From Patescibacteria group bacterium (GTDB taxonomy: Bacteria > Patescibacteriota > Minisyncoccia > 2-02-FULL-40-12 > GWA2-44-9), in NCBI GenBank assembly GCA_038064455.1, contig JBBTTB010000005.1:21983-85982 (forward strand): a stretch of 64,000 bases of DNA, in the 5' to 3' direction. The translations under genes and the position numbers were made by a program. Each line of letters starts with the position of its first letter. Within the stretch, counting starts at the first letter, position 1. The notes under the pieces are model-generated. The model saw only the letters and a list, made by a program, of their open reading frames with translations, did no database searches and was not told the DNA's origin. Shown here in pieces: positions 27,743 through 36,292 of the stretch.

Positions 27743-28312
27743 ATGTCCAAATACGGACACCTGCCCCACAACTACTTCGAATACATCATGAATCGTCTCG
27801 GTGGCGAAGAGGGAGCCGAAGCGTTCAAGCGCGGGGATGTGATCCTGGCCCCGAACTCCCAGAAGCTTCTGCGATTGGTGGTGAGGGCGACCCCGCTCCC
27901 CGTCATCAAGGAACTCGTGGTCAAGGACATGTTCACCAGCAAGAACTCCTCGCGCGAATTCCGGAACGCGTTTTTCAACGTTGTGGAGCGAAACATCCCA
28001 GCGTCGCAGGTTCACATCATGACGCTGTTGGAGGAGGCGGATGGCCTGTCCATCGCAACCATGCTGGGAGTTCGGAGATCTGTGGTGTGGCTGTCCCACT
28101 TCGTCGACATTCTCCAGAACGACCTTCTCTTCTTCCTCACCAAGCGCGTCATGGCGTTCATCATGGACGCGAGCGGCGTGGACGTGCAGATCGTGGAGGC
28201 TTGCCGGCTGCACGGTGAGTGGTACTACGACGTCGTCTCGCTGGGCAACATGAACGTGCGGCAGAAAGGCTCCTATTTCGTGGTTTCGTCACCCGAGAGC
28301 CCGAGCGCCTAG
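27743..28312 (+). CDS. hypothetical protein (189 aa, GC-rich)
   Basis: GGAAGGAGA SD upstream of the ATG at 27743. The listed ORF start at 27599 lies inside the promoter. Confidence 0.5.
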   Translation: MSKYGHLPHNYFEYIMNRLGGEEGAEAFKRGDVILAPNSQKLLRLVVRATPLPVIKELVVKDMFTSKNSSREFRNAFFNVVERNIPASQVHIMTLLEEADGLSIATMLGVRRSVVWLSHFVDILQNDLLFFLTKRVMAFIMDASGVDVQIVEACRLHGEWYYDVVSLGNMNVRQKGSYFVVSSPESPSA

Positions 28313-28383
28313 CCGCACCGAGCTCGTCAGCCCCCAGTCCCGCTGTGGTTTCCTTCACGGACCATGGCGGGGCTTTTTGTTTT

Positions 28384-28414
28384 GCCTAGCATTCTCATGT
28401 GCGAGCGCGTAGAA
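28384..28414 (+). repeat. 31-bp promoter-like box, copy B (GCCTAGCATTCTCATGTGCGAGCGCGTAGAA)
   Basis: Second copy. It ends 12 nt before the ATG at 28427, which would give a near-leaderless mRNA if the TAGAAT acts as a -10. Confidence 0.6.
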
Positions 28415-28426
28415 TAGAGCCTATCT

Positions 28427-28774
28427 ATGTCACACGAAAAACCAATAATACCACAGCCGCCGGAGCGCGTAGAGCAAGAACCAACGCTCGCAGAGTGTCT
28501 ACTCAATGCCTTGCGCACCGAAGGACTTGTCGGAGAGCATACCCAGCAGTACATTCAAGAGTGGTGGACTGCGCGTGAAGCCCTTTCTGATGAGGGTCGT
28601 TGGGAGGCAGATCTGATTCGTGCGGGGATATTTCTTACCGCTGGGTTCATTTCTGAAGCACTTGAGGAATTTGAATCTATAGCACAGCAAGCCTACGAAG
28701 CACAGAAAGACGACATCGTTGACCGTTGCGATCAATGCATCGAGGCGATCCGCAAAGCTATCCCGAACGAATAG
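28427..28774 (+). CDS. hypothetical acidic protein (115 aa)
   Basis: Clean ORF directly after box B. A terminator follows at 28783..28810 (AGCCCCTCACGGGGCTTTTTGTT). Confidence 0.5.
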   Translation: MSHEKPIIPQPPERVEQEPTLAECLLNALRTEGLVGEHTQQYIQEWWTAREALSDEGRWEADLIRAGIFLTAGFISEALEEFESIAQQAYEAQKDDIVDRCDQCIEAIRKAIPNE

Positions 28775-28865
28775 CTACAGCCCTAAGCCCCTCACGGGGC
28801 TTTTTGTTGCTTTTCTCTAGTGCTTTTGAGAATATGAGGAATGAACAAGCCTCTTTGCTATTAGT

Positions 28866-29069
28866 ATGAGGCGAATCGTTTATATTTTAAAAATGAGTAA
28901 AACAGAGTTAAAACAACACGCCGAACAGATCGAAGTAAACCTAAAAGCATACCTGGAATTACTTGCAGAGTTAGAACATGAGAGAAAAAAGATTATTGAC
29001 GAATTCTCAGAAACTCTAAGATTGAGAAAAATCAAAGAGTTAAAAAGATCTTTATCTACTAATGGATAA
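28866..29069 (+). CDS. small hypothetical coiled-coil protein (alt start 28893)
   Basis: AT-rich ORF of 67 aa, Lys/Glu-rich. Confidence 0.3.
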   Translation: MRRIVYILKMSKTELKQHAEQIEVNLKAYLELLAELEHERKKIIDEFSETLRLRKIKELKRSLSTNG

Positions 29070-30009
29070 TCAAGAAGTAGTTCCCGCAATAAAGCCCCTG
29101 GAAGTTTCGGAACAACAATCCTTAAAAACTAAGGAAGAACTTGAGGTTTCTGATGAAAAACAGCTAGAGTTGCTTAAAGACCGAGTTCTTGGGGTTATCA
29201 GAAGCAAGGCGCAGGGAGTAAAAAAGACCATCACTGGTTCACTTGATCGTGTATTCAAGTCCTTTAATTTGTTCCGTGGGTCTATCGGGGATCGAGAAGA
29301 AAATGATTTTGATGCCGAATTCTCCTTGAATTCTGAAGAAATTGACCAATTGGCGGGGTATTTTGAAGAACAAGTCAAGGATATCACCCCGGGCTTGATT
29401 GGCTTAGGGGCTGAGAAAAAAATCTACCAACATCCCTTGCACCCAGATAGAGTAATCGGTGAGTATAACGAGGATCATCCTGATTCAGTTCGTAAAGCTA
29501 AGGCCCGTTTTTATTTTTATAAAATATTAAACACTCTTCTCCTCGATTATTTTCCAAGAATGATACTGGCGGCAGAGAAAAGGTTTGAAGCATCACGATT
29601 GGATGGGGACCCTTATAAAAAACTTCGCGACCGTCTTAGGCAAAATAGGGGTCATCTCAACCCCACCCAAATAGATCGGGTATTAGAAAAACTACATGTA
29701 ATGGAGGAGGGTTTTCGCAGAACTAGCCGGTTTAAGAAATTTCAGAATGATCTATGGTCTCTCGGTATAGCGGCGGATGCAAATAGGGTAAACTTTTTTG
29801 ATGCCACTGATGGGTTAAAATATGTGGATACTATCGATCCGTGGTTGAATAGATATAGTGACGGTGCTCTTGTACCTAATTTTAACCCAGAGCAACTCTT
29901 GCAGATAATTGAGAGCCTCCCTGATGAGCAAAGAGCGAGAACCAGAGTCTACTATGAGAGACTGGTCGGTTTGTTGACGGAAGAGAGAGAGATTACTATG
30001 CCGGCATAG
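29062..30009 (+). CDS. hypothetical protein (315 aa, low GC)
   Basis: Long ORF with no recognisable motif. It overlaps the preceding ORF by 8 nt. Confidence 0.5.
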   Translation: MDNQEVVPAIKPLEVSEQQSLKTKEELEVSDEKQLELLKDRVLGVIRSKAQGVKKTITGSLDRVFKSFNLFRGSIGDREENDFDAEFSLNSEEIDQLAGYFEEQVKDITPGLIGLGAEKKIYQHPLHPDRVIGEYNEDHPDSVRKAKARFYFYKILNTLLLDYFPRMILAAEKRFEASRLDGDPYKKLRDRLRQNRGHLNPTQIDRVLEKLHVMEEGFRRTSRFKKFQNDLWSLGIAADANRVNFFDATDGLKYVDTIDPWLNRYSDGALVPNFNPEQLLQIIESLPDEQRARTRVYYERLVGLLTEEREITMPA

Positions 30010-30282
30010 ATGCTTATAGCCCCCTAAGTGTTTATTTAGGGTCTCAATTTATCTCATTTTCCCAGATCAATGAGCCTCATTCTGCCTCTGGCTAAAGACT
30101 TAACCCTCTAGTATGCATTCTATAAATGCGATCACTAGAGTGGGTACCGCAACTGCCGCGCTCGAATCCCGAGAGGGAAACTAACCCTATCCTACGCGCC
30201 CTATGTACCCGTTGCACGGGGCGTCTGTTTTTTAGTGGTATATAATGAATGTAACGTTTCATGATAGGCACTATTGATGTAT

Positions 30283-30323
30283 GGGTTAACTTGTGTTAAC
30301 CTTATAGGAGCGATAGGGTTAAC
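30283..30323 (+). promoter_or_regulatory. three GGTTAAC-containing repeats (two as inverted pair) upstream of HTH gene
   Basis: GGGTTAAC-ttgt-GTTAACC followed by GGGTTAAC, a likely operator for the adjacent HTH protein. Confidence 0.4.
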
Positions 30324-30330
30324 GAAACAT

Positions 30331-30612
30331 ATGGAGCAAAACACTACAAAAAAGACATTCCTCTCTGTCCCAGAATTGGCCAAAATGCTTGGCATTAGCC
30401 GTATTGCGGCTTTTCGTAAGGTTAAAAAGGGACACATTCCAGCCCACAAAATTGGGCGTATGTACGTTATTTCCATGGAAGATGCGCTCGCGTTTGTGAA
30501 CGAGGGGCAGTCTGACGTGCTCACGGAACCTAAAAAAGACGAAATTAAAAAGGCAGTTGCTCGAGTTGTCCAAGAATACGGCGAAACACTCAAGCTTTTA
30601 GGGAAAGAATAA
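30331..30612 (+). CDS. helix-turn-helix (excisionase/MerR-type HTH_17) DNA-binding protein, putative antitoxin/regulator
   Basis: VPELAKMLGISRIAAFRKVKKGHIPAHKIGRMYVI matches excisionase-family HTH. The start is uncertain, between 30274 and 30331. The stop lies 1 nt before the Doc gene. Confidence 0.5.
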   Translation: MEQNTTKKTFLSVPELAKMLGISRIAAFRKVKKGHIPAHKIGRMYVISMEDALAFVNEGQSDVLTEPKKDEIKKAVARVVQEYGETLKLLGKE

Positions 30613-30613
30613 T

Positions 30614-31039
30614 ATGAAGCTGAAACGGCTCACCCTCACTGATATAGAGTACGTCGCACATAGACTTGCACAAGAAACGATGTCGTGGCGTGAACCTATC
30701 CCTGACTTCGGCACACGATACTCAAACGCGCTTGAGCGGTGCATTGATGCGCCGTTCCAATCCTTTGGTGGTAAGCAGTTATATCCCGGCCTTGTGAGGA
30801 AGGCTTCGATACTATTTTATTTGATGATCAAAAATCATCCGTTTCAGAACGGAAATAAAAGATTAGCGATGACGACGCTCTTCTTTTTTCTCTTTCGGAA
30901 TAAGAAGTGGATGAAAGTTGATACACAAGAACTGTATAATTTTGCAGTCTGGGTTGCGAAAAGCAATGCGAAGGTGAGGGCCGACACCATACGAGCGGTA
31001 GAAACATTTCTCGGTAGCTATATAGTTGATATAGAATAA
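30614..31039 (+). CDS. Doc (death-on-curing)/Fic-fold toxin family protein
   Basis: HPFQNGNKRLAMT matches the Doc variant of the Fic motif (HxFx[DN]GNKR). 141 aa. Confidence 0.6.
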   Translation: MKLKRLTLTDIEYVAHRLAQETMSWREPIPDFGTRYSNALERCIDAPFQSFGGKQLYPGLVRKASILFYLMIKNHPFQNGNKRLAMTTLFFFLFRNKKWMKVDTQELYNFAVWVAKSNAKVRADTIRAVETFLGSYIVDIE

Positions 31040-31044
31040 ACGCG

Positions 31045-32058
31045 ATGAAACGCCTTTCTTATGGTGTTATAGCGTTGGTGCTCGCTATGCTCGTGGTGGG
31101 CGGCGTTTCGCTTTTGAGTGACAGGAGCCAGACCATCACCAACGGAACTGAAACGAGATCACCATTTTCGTTCCCCGATATTCCTTCTTTCTTTTCCAGC
31201 AAAGAGGGAAGCATGATCTTTGTGGGAGATATCATGCTCTCGCGTTCCGTGGGCATTCGCATGGCGAAAGAAAATGATTACACCTTTCCATTCCTGCACG
31301 CCGCCGCGTTTCTCCAAGATGCGGATATCACCTTCGCGAATCTTGAGAACCCAGTCTCTGCTCGGGGAAAGAACGTGGGGAGCATCTACTCGTTCCGCGC
31401 TGATCCAAAAACAATCGAAGGGCTTGTGCTCGCGGGCTTTGATGTAGTCTCTATCGCGAATAACCATATGTGGGACTACGGGCGCGAAGCGTTCCTTGAT
31501 ACGCTCTCGCATCTCACACAGGCCGGCATTGATTTCGTGGGCGGCGGGAACAACGCCGCAGAGGCAGAGCGGCCCGTGGTGCGAGACGTGCAGGGCACGC
31601 GCGTGGCGTTTTTGGCCTATACCGAATTTCTGCAGAGTGCGGTGGCGGGGGAGGCATCGGCGGGCATCAGCCGGTGGGATCCCGAGCGCATGGCCGCCGC
31701 TATTGCCAGCGCAAAGCAGGAGAATAATATCGTGGTGGTTTCATTGCACTGGGGCGAGGAATACAAAACACAGCACAACCAACAGCAGGAGACCATTGCG
31801 AAGGCGGCGATTGATGCGGGGGCGGATCTGGTCATCGGGCACCATCCGCACGTGGTGCAAGAGGTGGAACGCTACAAAGATGGCTGGATAGCCTACAGCC
31901 TTGGTAATTTTATATTTGATCAGTATTTTTCAGAAGCAACGATGCGGGGCCTTGTGCTGAAGGTGCGCATCAAAGATGGGAAAGTGCAGAGCGTAGAGGA
32001 ATATGATAGCGCGCTCTCAAAAGAGTTTCAGGTGCGCATCACCGCACGTAAGGAATAG
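31045..32058 (+). CDS. CapA/PgsA-family metallophosphoesterase-like protein (poly-gamma-glutamate/capsule-type), membrane anchored
   Basis: N-terminal TM, then IFVGDIML...NLENP, GFDVVSIANNH and GHHPH motifs typical of the CapA family. Confidence 0.65.
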   Translation: MKRLSYGVIALVLAMLVVGGVSLLSDRSQTITNGTETRSPFSFPDIPSFFSSKEGSMIFVGDIMLSRSVGIRMAKENDYTFPFLHAAAFLQDADITFANLENPVSARGKNVGSIYSFRADPKTIEGLVLAGFDVVSIANNHMWDYGREAFLDTLSHLTQAGIDFVGGGNNAAEAERPVVRDVQGTRVAFLAYTEFLQSAVAGEASAGISRWDPERMAAAIASAKQENNIVVVSLHWGEEYKTQHNQQQETIAKAAIDAGADLVIGHHPHVVQEVERYKDGWIAYSLGNFIFDQYFSEATMRGLVLKVRIKDGKVQSVEEYDSALSKEFQVRITARKE

Positions 32059-32073
32059 GGCACGGCATAACCG

Positions 32074-32091
32074 GTCAATATAATAATTGAC
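32074..32091 (+). promoter_or_regulatory. perfect palindrome GTCAATATAATAATTGAC (operator/promoter-like)
   Basis: A 6-bp inverted repeat flanking an ATAATA core, 110 bp upstream of the GTG start at 32204. Confidence 0.35.
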
Positions 32092-32203
32092 ACGTAACTC
32101 TTAGCTATGCATAATATGTGCACTGGGGTGCTAAGGCACTACCAGAGGCTGTGGTGACCGGAAGCTTAAGGGCTGAAGGCGCTACGTTAACAAGGAGTTT
32201 CAC

Positions 32204-33187
32204 GTGGATCACATGACGTTGGCGGGTGCCTGCATCAGTATCGCGGGCATCCTGTTTCTGCTGTTCCTGGCCGTGAGCGCGCTGGCCAAGAAGTGGGGTG
32301 AGATGCCCTACTTTCTCTACAACACGGTAGGCGGTATCACCGCCATCTGCGGCGTTGATGAGTACCGTGAGGCGAAGAGGCGCGGAAGGCGTTGGACGAT
32401 TGACGGGAAGTTTCTGGTAGTGCCGAGTGTCGTCGTCTTCGGCAACGCATCCGAGAAGTTCCGACACCTGGTTGCCACTGTCTTCGTGTATCACGAGAGG
32501 GAGAAGCTGGAGAAAACTCTCTTCGTGCCGTTTGCTTCGGAGAGGTACTTCGCGGCGAATGAGCAAGAAGCACTGTTCTTCGGTGGCAATTTCGCGGCTC
32601 GTCTTTCGGGTGTTCCACCATCGCTTGCCTACAGCAGAGCCCAGCAGTGGGTTGCTAACAAGATCGCCGGCATCGATGCCAACGACTGGCGTCGGCGTTT
32701 CGCCCAGAAGTGGCTCGCGGGTTCGACTCTGCGTCTGCTGATCTGTGTCGCTATGGCGGGCTTCCTCGCGCTCGGCGTCGCATACTACGAGTCAGCGCGT
32801 TCTGCGCGTGAACGTACGAACACCACCTACTACTTCACAGAGATGGAGCGGGGTAAGTTAGCCCCTGTGATGGGAGTGCCGGAAGAGCTGGAGAAGCTCC
32901 CTATGCGCGAGACTGACGTGACAGATCGAAGTCTGCGCGCTGGGCGCGCAAAGCGCGTCATGAGCGTCGGCGGGGGTCTGGACTTCGTTTGCATCTCCGT
33001 AGAGGGGAGAGAGCTCTGCGGCTTCTCTGCGCGGGTGCTCAACGTGCAACAGGGCGACGACGTGGTATTTCGAGGCGGGAGACCGATCGTCACTCCGGCT
33101 TTTAACTATGCCCAGTGGCTCTGGTGGGTGATCAGCAAGGAAGAGGCCGAAGCGCTCAAGCGCGTCGGTTTCGAGGTCGTCAGGTAG
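32204..33187 (+). CDS. membrane protein, hypothetical (GTG start, GC-rich)
   Basis: AAGGAG SD 8 nt upstream of the GTG. 327 aa with N-terminal and central TM helices. Confidence 0.45.
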   Translation: MDHMTLAGACISIAGILFLLFLAVSALAKKWGEMPYFLYNTVGGITAICGVDEYREAKRRGRRWTIDGKFLVVPSVVVFGNASEKFRHLVATVFVYHEREKLEKTLFVPFASERYFAANEQEALFFGGNFAARLSGVPPSLAYSRAQQWVANKIAGIDANDWRRRFAQKWLAGSTLRLLICVAMAGFLALGVAYYESARSARERTNTTYYFTEMERGKLAPVMGVPEELEKLPMRETDVTDRSLRAGRAKRVMSVGGGLDFVCISVEGRELCGFSARVLNVQQGDDVVFRGGRPIVTPAFNYAQWLWWVISKEEAEALKRVGFEVVR

Positions 33188-33294
33188 TTCTTCTTCCCGG
33201 AGTGGGGCCTTGCCTTCACTCCGGGATTTTCTTTTTGCCTATTTCGCGCTGTACCAGCTTGTGACAGTGTGCAGTGTAGCGTATGGTAAGAGCT

Positions 33295-33459
33295 ATGGAT
33301 TCATTGTTATACATGCTCGCGGGGTTTGCGGGGTTTACGCTGGGGTTTGAGGTGCATCGTCAGATGGTGGCGGAGGGATTTTTTTCATGGAATCGTGCGT
33401 TGAGGGCTATGGGCATTGCGCTGGTGATCGCGTTTGTGTTAGCGCTTCTTCTCAATTAG
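33295..33459 (+). CDS. 54-aa small membrane protein (not in ORF track)
   Basis: ATG at 33295 to TAG at 33457. Two hydrophobic segments MDSLLYMLAGFAGFTLGF...IALVIAFVLALLLN. Confidence 0.25.
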   Translation: MDSLLYMLAGFAGFTLGFEVHRQMVAEGFFSWNRALRAMGIALVIAFVLALLLN

Positions 33460-33469
33460 TATACGGTAC

Positions 33470-34555
33470 GTGAATCTTTCCGATATCGCACAACTTCGGT
33501 TGCAGAGCCAACGCATTGGGCGCACGCCGTTTGCAACGGTTGCAGCAGTCGTGCGCCACTTAGGCGCAGTACAAGCACAAGATATCCCGAGTGCGCTCTG
33601 GGCTGTTGGTCTGCGCATGAAGCGTGCGAATGAACAGACTATTCTTGATGCGCTTGCGGAACAGCGCATTGTGCGCACGTGGCCCATGCGTTCCACGCTT
33701 CACTTTGTTGCGCGAGAAGATGTGCGCTGGATGCTTGATCTTATGACACCACGCGTCCTTTCCGCCTATGCGCATCGCATGCGCATGCATGGCATCACCA
33801 CGGCAACCTATGACAAAAGTAGGGTGCTTTTTGAAAAAGCGCTGAAGGGTGGCAAGGCGCTGACGCGCGAAGAACTCTATGCGGTTCTTGAATCTGCGGG
33901 CATTCCTGCAAAGCGAGCAAGTTTGGGATTGCACATCATCGGGCGCTTAGCGCACGAACAGTTGCTCTGTTTTGGCCCACGGCGAGGCAAACAACAAACG
34001 CTGGTGCTTCTTGACGAATGGGTGCCGCGCGTTGGAAAGCCGCGAGATCGAGATGATGCACTGCGTGAATTGGCGATTCGGTATTTCACCAGTCACGGTC
34101 CTGCGCAGGAAAAAGATCTCGCATGGTGGTCCGGTCTTGCTCTCAAAGATATCCGCGCGGGCATCGCGCACGCAGTCAAGGCGCTCACGAGCGTTGCTGT
34201 AGAGGGTACAACGTATTGGATGGCGCCGCGTCGAGTAGTGCCGCAGAAAACAGGAGAGGCCTTTCTCCTTCCTTCGTTTGATGAATTCTTTGTTGCGTAC
34301 CGTGATCGGAGCGCCTCGTTGGAGGCAATGCACACGCATCACATAAACCCGGGCGCAAATGGCATGCTCCAACCTATTATTGTGGTTGATGGGCAGGTGC
34401 TTGGCACATGGAAGCGGGTGATCACAAAAGACACCGTGCAGATTTCACTTCACTTTTTCAATAAACCTTCTCCAGAGGTGAAAACCGCAGTGCACGAAGC
34501 AGGCGAGCGCTATGCCCATTTTCTTAGGCTCTCTTTGGAATTAAAAAAGGGGTAG
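33470..34555 (+). CDS. winged-helix DNA-binding protein, YcaQ/DUF1006-like (putative DNA glycosylase family)
   Basis: 361 aa with a non-ATG start. An overall YcaQ-like length and pattern (TWPMRSTLHFV, LLPSFDEF). Confidence 0.5.
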   Translation: MNLSDIAQLRLQSQRIGRTPFATVAAVVRHLGAVQAQDIPSALWAVGLRMKRANEQTILDALAEQRIVRTWPMRSTLHFVAREDVRWMLDLMTPRVLSAYAHRMRMHGITTATYDKSRVLFEKALKGGKALTREELYAVLESAGIPAKRASLGLHIIGRLAHEQLLCFGPRRGKQQTLVLLDEWVPRVGKPRDRDDALRELAIRYFTSHGPAQEKDLAWWSGLALKDIRAGIAHAVKALTSVAVEGTTYWMAPRRVVPQKTGEAFLLPSFDEFFVAYRDRSASLEAMHTHHINPGANGMLQPIIVVDGQVLGTWKRVITKDTVQISLHFFNKPSPEVKTAVHEAGERYAHFLRLSLELKKG

Positions 34556-34581
34556 TGAAGCCACGAAGACTTCACTACCCC
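34549..34581 (-). terminator. rho-independent terminator for the minus-strand SPFH operon (overlaps YcaQ-like stop)
   Basis: GGGGTAGTGAAG-ccacgaaga-CTTCACTACCCC hairpin with an A-run on the + side, which reads as a U-tract on the minus strand. Confidence 0.55.
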
Positions 34582-34587
34582 CGCCTG

Positions 34588-35793
34588 TTACTTGCCCCCT
34601 GGCGTCGCCTGGATGCCGATCTCTCTCGCGGTCTTGACCGTGAAGAGGTCGATGAGCGTCTGGACACTCGTGGCGTTCCCGTTGCCGCCACCTCCAGAGA
34701 CGACCGTCGGAACCAGAGGCATCTTCATCTCTTTGAGCGCCTGCGCGTAGAGCTCGTTCACCCTCACGTACGCGGCCAGACGCGCGTCGAGCGCATTGTC
34801 GGCGGCCATCACCAACTTTCGCCGCTCGGCCTCACCTTCGCCCAACAGAATCTGCTTGCGCTTCTCCTGGGCAGCTGCTTCGGCGTCGAGCCTGGCAACC
34901 TCGAGCTTTTGCTGCGCCTCGGTCACCATGGTCGCTTTGATCACCTCCTGCTTCCACTTGGCTTCCGCCGCTTGCGCTTGCCCGTTCTTTTCCGCGGTGA
35001 TGGCGTCCTGTTCCGCCTTCTTGGCGTTTGCCATGGCGGTCTGCACGTCCATCATGGCCTTTTGTTGTGCGGCGATCTGCTTGTCGACCGTGTCGTCATA
35101 GGTGACGGAGTTGATCGAAAGGTTGAATGTCCGAACGCCGAACACCTTGAGAGGGCTCTCTTCTTGGCGCTGGATCACGCCCTCCGCTTCGACGAGGCGG
35201 ACGTAGTTGACCGTTCGATCCGAGCCAGATAGCGGATCCTTTTCTTTCACGGTCTCGGTCCGCGTCTGGTAGATTCCGTTGTTGATCTGGTCTTCGATGA
35301 ATCGGATGAGGTCGTTACGCCGCTCGGCGTACGACTCCTTTGAGCTCATCAGGGGCCCGGTCATGTAGACCGCCTTCTCGACGATGGTGCGTACGAGCTG
35401 TTGCTCGAGCGCGTGGTGCGTACCGTACTTCGTGTGGAGCAGGGTGAGCGCCTTCTCGTCGAGTGGGATCTCCCAGGCGATCGAGCCAGATACCTGCGCG
35501 TGACCGCCGTCGTTGAACCGTACCTTGATGGACTGGTCGGAAGTGTTCTGCTCACTCTTCGCAGAGAACCAGTACTGGCTCCGCTTGGGATACTTCGTGA
35601 CAGACCCGAACCACTGCATCTTGAAGCCTGGTGTGGTGTGCCAGACCAGGGTTCCGGTCGGGTACTGAACGACCATGACCTGCGTGGCGTCCAAGTGCTC
35701 CACGGTGCGTGGCGTGAGGTAGATCCCCACGGCGCAGAGGATGCCGATCAAGATCGGCTTGATCGTGTTCGGCGCGCGACTGGATTCGTACAT
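34588..35793 (-). CDS. SPFH/band-7 (flotillin/HflK-like) domain protein
   Basis: N-terminal TM, an SPFH core, and a long Ala/Glu/Lys/Gln coiled-coil. Confidence 0.7.
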   Translation of the reverse strand: MYESSRAPNTIKPILIGILCAVGIYLTPRTVEHLDATQVMVVQYPTGTLVWHTTPGFKMQWFGSVTKYPKRSQYWFSAKSEQNTSDQSIKVRFNDGGHAQVSGSIAWEIPLDEKALTLLHTKYGTHHALEQQLVRTIVEKAVYMTGPLMSSKESYAERRNDLIRFIEDQINNGIYQTRTETVKEKDPLSGSDRTVNYVRLVEAEGVIQRQEESPLKVFGVRTFNLSINSVTYDDTVDKQIAAQQKAMMDVQTAMANAKKAEQDAITAEKNGQAQAAEAKWKQEVIKATMVTEAQQKLEVARLDAEAAAQEKRKQILLGEGEAERRKLVMAADNALDARLAAYVRVNELYAQALKEMKMPLVPTVVSGGGGNGNATSVQTLIDLFTVKTAREIGIQATPGGK

Positions 35794-35824
35794 GCTTCAC
35801 CTCTTCGTTTGTTGCGGCACTGGT

Positions 35825-36148
35825 TTAGTGGATAAGCCCGTCTTTTTTCGCTGGTTTTTCAACCGTCTCCGTTGTGGACTCCTCGGGATCGAAGATCCCA
35901 TGGAGTTTTTGATCCAAGATCGCCGCACGCTCGAAGCGGCGTCGATCGAGTTCTTGCTGAATGCGAAACGCCTCCTCCCGTTCCGCATCTCTTCGGAGTT
36001 CTTCTCGGAGCTCATCGAGCGTCTTCCCTCGGCGTCGCATGGTGGTGTCGATGATTCCAATGGCAGTGCGAGCCAATGGGATCATGACTTTGAACACCAG
36101 GACGCCTCCGAAGAAGACAAAGAGCAACGCTTCGAGTAATAGCTGCAT
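35825..36148 (-). CDS. small membrane protein co-transcribed upstream of SPFH gene (NfeD-like partner?)
   Basis: 107 aa with an N-terminal TM and a charged helical tail, 31 bp upstream of the SPFH gene. Confidence 0.4.
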   Translation of the reverse strand: MQLLLEALLFVFFGGVLVFKVMIPLARTAIGIIDTTMRRRGKTLDELREELRRDAEREEAFRIQQELDRRRFERAAILDQKLHGIFDPEESTTETVEKPAKKDGLIH

Positions 36149-36292
36149 TTCTTCTCCTCGCCCTCCCGTTATTGTTATTGTAAAAGAATGGGAAGACTAT
36201 AGTATCTATATTGTGTTATGTCAATAGGCTCCTGATGGATGGCATATTCGTGGTCTTCTTAGTATGATAGTGCGAGATGCGGGTATAAAGAC

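Noticed and set aside
30130-30200. Possible tRNA 3' fragment / attachment-site repeat (CGCTCGAATCCCGAGAGGG).
   Set aside because: It contains a TTCGAATCC-like T-loop string but no complementary T-stem or acceptor pairing. It does not match the tRNA-Gln 3' end, so an att repeat is not supported.
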